Source of the DNA: a virus
IMG/VR virus record: IMGVR_UViG_3300027964_000001
Location: 1 to 46,352 of that record
DNA length: 46,352 nucleotides
Reading direction: 5' to 3' (one strand)
In this document: positions 41,211 to 46,352 of the stretch, in pieces
How the letters are laid out: every line of letters starts with the position of its first letter
Numbering within the stretch: position 1 is the first letter of the stretch
The notes under the pieces: generated by a model
What the model was told of the DNA's origin: nothing
Database searches by the model: none
What the model saw: the letters and a program-made list of their open reading frames with translations, nothing else
Program-made: the position numbers and the translations under genes

Positions 41211-43189
41211 GAACTATAGATTGCCAAACCTGGTGTGATGCTGAACTAAAGAGACACGGTCTTACATCTTGGAAAACAATCTTTACTAAGTCCGGTAAGT
41301 GGATAGCAAGATGTTATTACGATGAGCGTAGAATCGTGTTTAACATCTTGCATCTAGCATCTCGCAGCGAAGTAGAAGTTAAGCAAACTATTCTACATGA
41401 AGTAGCCCATGCTTTGGTAGGTCCAGGTTTTGGACATAATGAAGTATGGCGGAATAAAGCAAAGGAATTAGGTTTAGAGAATCCTTTACCTTGTGCTCCC
41501 TCAGATGTAGATGCTGGACGTAGTATTAATGAAGCTGAGACTCCTAAGCGGACTTTTAACCGGCTCAACATACTTTGCCCGGTTTGTAAGGTTCAGGCTG
41601 AAGAAACTTCCAGTGCAGTTATAAACGGTAAAAGATGGTCTCGGTTAAAGTGTGGCCATTTAATAAAGAAAGAAGTTCTTTCAGATTCTTTCAATTTCTC
41701 TGATTGGACTAGCAAAACCGGCAAGAAACTTTATCCATTTCAAATTGAGGGAATTAAGTTTCTAGAATCTTCAGGTGGCCGTGCTTTAATAGCTGATGAG
41801 CCAGGACTAGGTAAAACTCTACAAGCATTAGGATTCCTTTACGCTAATAAGGAGCAGGTTAGTCCTACTCTTTGGGTATGTAAGACTACCCTTAAACTTC
41901 AGACTGTTAAGGAAGCTCTAGATTGGTGTGGGCCGGAATTCATGGCTCAAATCATTTACAATCCAAGAAACATTATTATTCCGGGTTTGAGACTTTATAT
42001 TATTTCAATGGATTTGTTGAGAAATATGAAATCTGAAACCTTGGATTCTATTAACTTTAAAACAATCATCGCAGATGAGATTCAGCATTTCAAGAATCCT
42101 GATTCAACTAGGACGGCTGAACTTAGAAAACTCGTAAGCCGTTCAAGTTATTTCATTGCTCTATCAGGAACCCCCTGGAAAAATAGAGGACAAGAATATT
42201 TTCCTGTCCTTAACATGATTGACTCTTCTAAGTTTCCAAGCTACGCATCATTTAAGAATAGATGGGTAGACTACTATACCGATCCTAAGACCTTTAAGGT
42301 TAAGCAAGGGGGAATTAGAAATATTCCTGCGTTTAAAGAATATACTAAAGACTTCATTGTCAGAAGATTACGCGATGAAGTTCTCCCTGATCTTCCTAAG
42401 ATTAATAGACAAATAAGGTTTATTGATATGGAAGGTTTGTATCAATCATCTTATGACAAAGCTGAGGCTAAGGTAGCAGCGGTAATCCGCTCAGCGATGA
42501 TTGATGGTAAGGATGCCCAATCTATTGCATCTGAGATAATGCTACTTAAGCATATCACAGGATTAGCTAAGGTTCAGCCTTGTATTGAAGATATTCAGGA
42601 ATTTCTAGAACAGACAGAAGATTTTGAGAAGATTACTATCTTCCATCATCATATTGATGTAGGTGATAATCTCCAACAGGGAGATAAAACTACCTATAAA
42701 GGTTTGGATGAATGGCTAGTAAACAACGGATATAATAAGTCTCTCCGTCTTTACGGTGGTAGAAGTCCAGAAGAAAGAAATGATGTAATAAATAAGTTTC
42801 GTGACGATATCCGTAATAGGGTTCTCATTGCTTCAACATTAGCATCCGGCGAAGGATTGAATATTCAGTTTTGCCAGAATGCTGTAATGTTAGAGAGACA
42901 GTGGAATCCAGCTAATGAAGAACAAGCAGAGCTAAGATTTTCTAGACCACTAACAAAAGGAGAATTACCAGATTACCTTCATCACATTGTAGACCGTCAG
43001 GTTTCTATCCGTATCCCTTATTACATAGCAGACCAGACTGTAGATTCTATGCTTACTGATATTGTTGAACGTAAAAGGATAGCATTCAGAAATTCTATGG
43101 ATGATGCTGGTATGACTTGGGATACTAATGAGATGATGAAGGAATTAGGGGAACTAATTGTTAAGAAGGTTTATGGGGGAAAGAGATAA
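41204..43189 (+). CDS. SprT-like zinc metalloprotease :: zinc ribbon :: SNF2-family helicase fusion
   Basis: TILHEVAHALVGPGFGHNEVW (HExxH...H, SprT-like) and CPVCK...LKCGH. SNF2 motifs are LYPFQIEG, ADEPGLGKT, IIADEIQHFKN, LSGTPWKNR, STLASGEGLN and QAELRFSR. Confidence 0.85.
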   Translation: MVRTIDCQTWCDAELKRHGLTSWKTIFTKSGKWIARCYYDERRIVFNILHLASRSEVEVKQTILHEVAHALVGPGFGHNEVWRNKAKELGLENPLPCAPSDVDAGRSINEAETPKRTFNRLNILCPVCKVQAEETSSAVINGKRWSRLKCGHLIKKEVLSDSFNFSDWTSKTGKKLYPFQIEGIKFLESSGGRALIADEPGLGKTLQALGFLYANKEQVSPTLWVCKTTLKLQTVKEALDWCGPEFMAQIIYNPRNIIIPGLRLYIISMDLLRNMKSETLDSINFKTIIADEIQHFKNPDSTRTAELRKLVSRSSYFIALSGTPWKNRGQEYFPVLNMIDSSKFPSYASFKNRWVDYYTDPKTFKVKQGGIRNIPAFKEYTKDFIVRRLRDEVLPDLPKINRQIRFIDMEGLYQSSYDKAEAKVAAVIRSAMIDGKDAQSIASEIMLLKHITGLAKVQPCIEDIQEFLEQTEDFEKITIFHHHIDVGDNLQQGDKTTYKGLDEWLVNNGYNKSLRLYGGRSPEERNDVINKFRDDIRNRVLIASTLASGEGLNIQFCQNAVMLERQWNPANEEQAELRFSRPLTKGELPDYLHHIVDRQVSIRIPYYIADQTVDSMLTDIVERKRIAFRNSMDDAGMTWDTNEMMKELGELIVKKVYGGKR

Positions 43190-43401
43190 TGGAATCAAGT
43201 GCAGATTTTTACGGATTATATAATGTTAAGGTAACTTTTATAAATGGAGGATTTAAAACTTACAATAAAGTTTACATAGACCGTGAAGAGTATAAACTTG
43301 GCAGATTAGTTCTTACTTCAAAATCGGGTATAGTTGAATTATCTAGTGAAAAAGGGGAATGGAAAAGTATTGATTATAGGAGTAGCCCTGTAGGAGAATA
43401 G
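43189..43401 (+). CDS. Hypothetical protein
   Basis: 70-aa ORF with TAATG coupling to the helicase stop. Confidence 0.6.
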   Translation: MESSADFYGLYNVKVTFINGGFKTYNKVYIDREEYKLGRLVLTSKSGIVELSSEKGEWKSIDYRSSPVGE

Positions 43402-43409
43402 GAAGGTTT

Positions 43410-43622
43410 ATGGAAGAAAATAAATACTATAGGGTTTATCGTATTTTTACTAAAACTCATAAAGAATCTAGATGGTTTGTTTATGCTGACTATGGTCAGG
43501 ATAAGGAGGGAGCACTAGAAAAAATAAAGGTCCTACTTGCTGAGCCTCATGGACCTTATGGAGTAATGCTACAAACTGTAGATATAACGGAAGAGATTTG
43601 TAACGAGAGAGAATATTACTAA
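43410..43622 (+). CDS. Hypothetical protein
   Basis: 70-aa ORF with SD AGGAAGG upstream. Confidence 0.6.
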   Translation: MEENKYYRVYRIFTKTHKESRWFVYADYGQDKEGALEKIKVLLAEPHGPYGVMLQTVDITEEICNEREYY

Positions 43623-43834
43623 TGATTAGACAAAAACCGGTTAAAGGTGGTAGGTCATATCTATCTGGAGCTTTTATCAAGTCTATTGATAGAGAAATTA
43701 ATCGTCAAGCCAAGATGTTCAACGTCTCTAGGTCATTTGTTATTGCAACAGCGGTAGCAGATTCTCTAGGAGTTAAAGACCAAGAAGATTATAAGACTAG
43801 GGATAATATTAAGAGATTTAGGAGAAGGGCATAA
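43622..43834 (+). CDS. Ribbon-helix-helix (CopG/Arc-like) DNA-binding protein
   Basis: GAFIKSIDREINRQAKMFNVSRSFVIATAVADSLG fits a beta-strand plus helix-helix RHH pattern. Confidence 0.5.
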   Translation: MIRQKPVKGGRSYLSGAFIKSIDREINRQAKMFNVSRSFVIATAVADSLGVKDQEDYKTRDNIKRFRRRA

Positions 43835-44007
43835 TGAAACATCTAACATGGCGCGAACTTAAAGAAAAAATTAATCTTATAGACGAGTCCAAATTAGACA
43901 AAAAGGTAGTCATAGCATTTGAGACAGATGAAATGTATACCTGTATAGATTTACTTTATCATTTTGAAGATGAAGAAGGTGAACCTTTTATGGTAATCAA
44001 GATATGA
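43834..44007 (+). CDS. Hypothetical small protein (57 aa)
   Basis: TAATG coupling upstream (43832-43836) and ATGA coupling downstream (44004-44007). Confidence 0.55.
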   Translation: MKHLTWRELKEKINLIDESKLDKKVVIAFETDEMYTCIDLLYHFEDEEGEPFMVIKI

Positions 44008-44234
44008 AATCTATCATTCTCTCAACAATTCAGTCCAATCAAGCAATATCAGGCGTTCAACTAGTAATGAAAGTAATGCAAGTAATTAATCCTAATAAAT
44101 TTTCTAAAGAACAATACTTGAAAGATCTAGAAGAATTAATCTACGAGTATAAGATTCGTCGTCTTATTCTTACTCCACCGTCCGGTCCGCGTTCACATGT
44201 TTATATTTTAGCAGGAACTCAGATTGACGGTTGA
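44004..44234 (+). CDS. Hypothetical protein
   Basis: 76-aa ORF, overlap-coupled. Confidence 0.6.
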   Translation: MKSIILSTIQSNQAISGVQLVMKVMQVINPNKFSKEQYLKDLEELIYEYKIRRLILTPPSGPRSHVYILAGTQIDG

Positions 44235-44391
44235 CCTAGAAACAGCCCTAGCAATACGGGAATGGGTATATAAAAGAGTAGGACCTATATCCCATGAATT
44301 TGATGAGAAAGTCCATGAATTCTTGAAAGAACTAGATAGGTTTATAGATGACAGTGAAAAAACTGAAGGAACTACTAGAAAAGATTCCTGA
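44224..44391 (+). CDS. Possible small protein (55 aa, TTG start)
   Basis: The frame opens at 44212. AGGA lies 7 nt before the TTG. Fills part of a 313-nt stretch with no tracked plus-strand ORF. Confidence 0.3.
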   Translation: MTVDLETALAIREWVYKRVGPISHEFDEKVHEFLKELDRFIDDSEKTEGTTRKDS

Positions 44392-44506
44392 TGATTATGA
44401 TGTTTATCTTTTAAGAAAGAATAGGGCATTAGAGGAAACTAGATTAGTTGTTGATGTAGAGGTTAAGAATCTTGAAGGTTGGAAGATAGTAATAAGGACT
44501 AAGTAA
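44348..44506 (+). CDS. Possible small protein (52 aa)
   Basis: ATG-initiated ORF reading MTVKKLKELLEKIPDDYDVYLL... It overlaps the previous candidate by 44 nt and has no clear SD. Confidence 0.3.
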   Translation: MTVKKLKELLEKIPDDYDVYLLRKNRALEETRLVVDVEVKNLEGWKIVIRTK

Positions 44507-44547
44507 AATGACTACATGGATACATATACTTTTGATTATTTATATAA

Positions 44548-44751
44548 GTGATTCATGTTAGGGTATTAGCGACTATGCCGGCGCTGGAAAGGAATAAGAA
44601 AATTGTAGACTCGTGTGCAGTTCTTATTGCTTGTCCTAAAGAACATCAACATTCTATTAGGTCCGGCACCTGGGCTACCTTTAGATACGCATGGAAACAG
44701 AAAGTGGAAACTATAATCATTCCTCCTTTGGAGAGGGAATATGAATCTTGA
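44548..44751 (+). CDS. Short ORF resembling only the C-terminal half of a DUF2493/SLOG-type domain (GTG start)
   Basis: ERNKKIVDSCAVLIACPKE....SGTWATFRYAWKQKVETIII parallels RN..m...aD.liaF.....GT......A...g..v.vi. An in-frame stop lies directly upstream, so the N-terminal half is absent. Confidence 0.3.
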   Translation: MIHVRVLATMPALERNKKIVDSCAVLIACPKEHQHSIRSGTWATFRYAWKQKVETIIIPPLEREYES

Positions 44752-44968
44752 CATTATCTATGACATTTATATTAAAATTCAGGCGGGGAGCTGGATTAAA
44801 TATATAAATGAGTTTGACGAGGTTAAAGCTAATCAAATAGCTATGATTCTTTCTGGTAATTCTAATGTTACCGGAGTTAAGATTGCAAAGATTCATAGAG
44901 TTATTATTGATGAACAAATCATTTCTGATTCATCTTATATGGTAGCAGATCATGACCCTAACAGTTGA
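44741..44968 (+). CDS. Hypothetical protein
   Basis: 75 aa with SD GGAGAGGG upstream. Confidence 0.6.
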   Translation: MNLDIIYDIYIKIQAGSWIKYINEFDEVKANQIAMILSGNSNVTGVKIAKIHRVIIDEQIISDSSYMVADHDPNS

Positions 44969-45137
44969 TTGTAATATTGATAAGCTATTCATTGATGGAA
45001 TAGAAATTCCATTAAAAATACATCACCCCGCAGATTTAGTTGCAGTCCTAACATATATCTTTGATGCGATGGAACCGGACGGGTTATCTCTAGTAATGAT
45101 TAACGAAGATAAAAGATTGACGGTAGGGGAATGGTAA
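44952..45137 (+). CDS. Hypothetical protein
   Basis: 61-aa ORF overlapping the upstream gene by 17 nt. Confidence 0.5.
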   Translation: MTLTVDCNIDKLFIDGIEIPLKIHHPADLVAVLTYIFDAMEPDGLSLVMINEDKRLTVGEW

Positions 45138-45212
45138 AGCTTATTAGATTCCTTTATCGTTGGTTCAAGTATTACCGTCATGATGATTATCTTAGAGTAA
45201 AGAAGGAGTGGT

Positions 45213-45566
45213 ATGACTCATAGATTTGTCCATCAAGAACTAGAGAATGAGTATCTTGGTATTATTATCAAGATTCATACAGATGGTAAGGTAACTCTTC
45301 AAACTGATGAAACAGAATATGATGAGATTACTATTCCAGCATCAACTATCTTTAAGGCTCGGGATACTCTATCAGTAACTAGAGCCGGAGACGGATTTAA
45401 GCCGTTGACAGTAAAGAATCATGATGTAATGATTGAAATTAAACCTAGTGGAGATGTAAAATTTGAACGGTCTCCTGAGGATGTTATCACTGTGCCTAAT
45501 AGAGTAATCTATAAGGCTGCAAGGATGTTGAGGGTGACTAAGAGTATTGAATACGACAACGACTAA
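45213..45566 (+). CDS. Hypothetical protein with internal ~45-aa duplication
   Basis: IIIKIHTDGKVTLQTDETEYDEITIPASTIFKARDTLSVT versus VMIEIKPSGDVKFERSPEDVITVPNRVIYKAARMLRVT. SD AAGGAG. Confidence 0.65.
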   Translation: MTHRFVHQELENEYLGIIIKIHTDGKVTLQTDETEYDEITIPASTIFKARDTLSVTRAGDGFKPLTVKNHDVMIEIKPSGDVKFERSPEDVITVPNRVIYKAARMLRVTKSIEYDND

Positions 45567-46352
45567 TGATTACCATCACCCTAGACTCCCAAGTCCTATC
45601 AACCTTTATGTCCTGTCCCCGGAAGATGGACTATACCTTTAATAGACATCTTAAATCTATTTCTGGTCCATCTTCATCTTTACTTAAAGGTTTACTATCT
45701 CATGATGGATTACATGGATATTGGAAAGCCAGGATAGATGGTAATGATTATCAAGAATCTTCCCGTATAGGTCTTGAATATGCTAAGCAGAAAGCTAATG
45801 AATATCCAGACTTAGACCCTGAAGACGGACTAATGGTATTCAAGAATCTAGTTGAATACTATAAGTTTACAGCTTCGCTTAATTGGATTCCCCTATTCAC
45901 AGAACAAATATTTAAGTTTGTTGTGTATGAAGATTCAGTTCTGAACTACCGTATTGTCCTCACTGGCCGGATTGATTTAGGTATCAAGACTCCCCAACTT
46001 TCTATTCTACCTATCGACCATAAGTCAGAATCCGAGAGATGGTTTTACTCTGTAATGAGTAATCAGTTTAAAATCTACGCGATCGCCTGTAAAACTAATC
46101 TTTTAGGAGTTCAGAGATTCGGATTCCAGAAAACTAGGAGTCCGGAGGAAAGATTTAAGCTAGAACTTCTTTCATTTGATTCTGATCTTCTTGATGAGTT
46201 TAAGAATGTAACTCTACCATACTATGCTAAGCAGATGATGATTTGTCAGGAATCAGGTTATTACCCTCCTAATAATACAGCGTGTGTGCAAGGGCATTTT
46301 AAGTGTCCATTCAGTGATGCTTATAATAATGGGGGGATTTGTGGGGTTAGTA
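45566..46352 (+). CDS. Cas4-like PD-(D/E)XK exonuclease (N-terminal 262 codons; continues in 128-198 of the window after the overlap)
   Basis: TAATG coupling at 45564-45568. N-terminal Cys (FMSCPRK). Motifs GRIDLG, PIDHKSE (D-x-K) and NQFKIYAIA (QxxxY). The C-terminal Cys cluster lies after the junction. Confidence 0.8.
   Translation, partial: MITITLDSQVLSTFMSCPRKMDYTFNRHLKSISGPSSSLLKGLLSHDGLHGYWKARIDGNDYQESSRIGLEYAKQKANEYPDLDPEDGLMVFKNLVEYYKFTASLNWIPLFTEQIFKFVVYEDSVLNYRIVLTGRIDLGIKTPQLSILPIDHKSESERWFYSVMSNQFKIYAIACKTNLLGVQRFGFQKTRSPEERFKLELLSFDSDLLDEFKNVTLPYYAKQMMICQESGYYPPNNTACVQGHFKCPFSDAYNNGGICGVS
46226..46352. repeat. Terminal assembly overlap, copy 2 (identical to 1-127)
   Basis: Exact 127/127 identity with the window start. 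Confidence 0.97.

Noticed and set aside
38239-44917. ORF-track entries 38239-38589(-), 38471-38653(-), 39696-39893(-), 41317-41571(-), 43468-43680(-), 44208-44429(-), 44566-44754(-) and 44717-44917(-)
   Set aside because: They are antisense to rightward genes that have promoters, SDs and recognisable domains. The 116-aa Ser-rich ORF opposite the GC-richer cassette is the typical mirror of a GAN/GCN-rich sense frame.
45131-45223. 30-aa ORF (MVKLIRFLYRWFKYYRHDDYLRVKKEWYDS) in the gap before 45213
   Set aside because: It is very short, its stop lies 11 nt inside the next gene, and it spans that gene's AAGGAG SD. The evidence is insufficient.
1-46352. CRISPR arrays, diversity-generating retroelement, integrase/repressor lysogeny module, phage RNA polymerase, rRNA
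   Set aside because: No regularly spaced direct repeats were seen. There is no reverse-transcriptase-like ORF or template/variable repeat pair, no tyrosine/serine recombinase motifs, and no ~800-900-aa single-subunit RNAP ORF. The only stable RNA gene found is the tRNA at 7019-7095.

Overview
The window is one complete tailed-phage genome recovered as a circular assembly. Bases 1-127 recur exactly at 46226-46352, so the unique length is 46,225 bp. The cut point splits a Cas4-like nuclease gene (45566-46352, continuing in 1-198). The genome is AT-rich, uses the standard code and Shine-Dalgarno (SD) sites, and is very tightly packed, with many ATGA/TAATG/GTGA start-stop overlaps. Two arms diverge from a ~1-kb ORF-poor control region (37314-38299) and meet head-on at a shared CTAG (9808-9811). 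The rightward early/replication arm runs from 38.0 kb through the junction to 9.8 kb. It carries a promoter/terminator-insulated, GC-richer cassette, a free-standing LAGLIDADG gene, a SprT::SNF2 helicase, an RHH protein, the Cas4-like nuclease, a Sak4-like ATPase and a DUF669-like protein. It also carries a UDG-like::3'-5' exo::family-A DNA polymerase interrupted by a 334-aa LAGLIDADG intein, one tRNA (anticodon UAA), a cold-shock protein and a MazG-like protein. The leftward arm (37.3 to 9.8 kb) starts with Zn-ribbon proteins, a beta-helix tailspike-like protein, holin-like proteins and an EndoVII-type HNH nuclease. It continues with large terminase, portal, scaffold, major capsid, a two-domain glycosyltransferase and tail/fibre proteins with internal repeats. 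It ends with an M15 peptidase, a GNAT-like protein and three ejection-protein-like ORFs (P22-like gene order). I saw no RNA polymerase, integrase, lysogeny module, CRISPR array or rRNA. The most noteworthy region is the non-coding control island, which has a family of TTGACA-N17-TAGNNT promoters, dispersed short repeats and mirrored G-quadruplex motifs. Beside it sit a moron-like early cassette and a possible origin region. All functional calls rest on motif reading by eye; no database search was possible.
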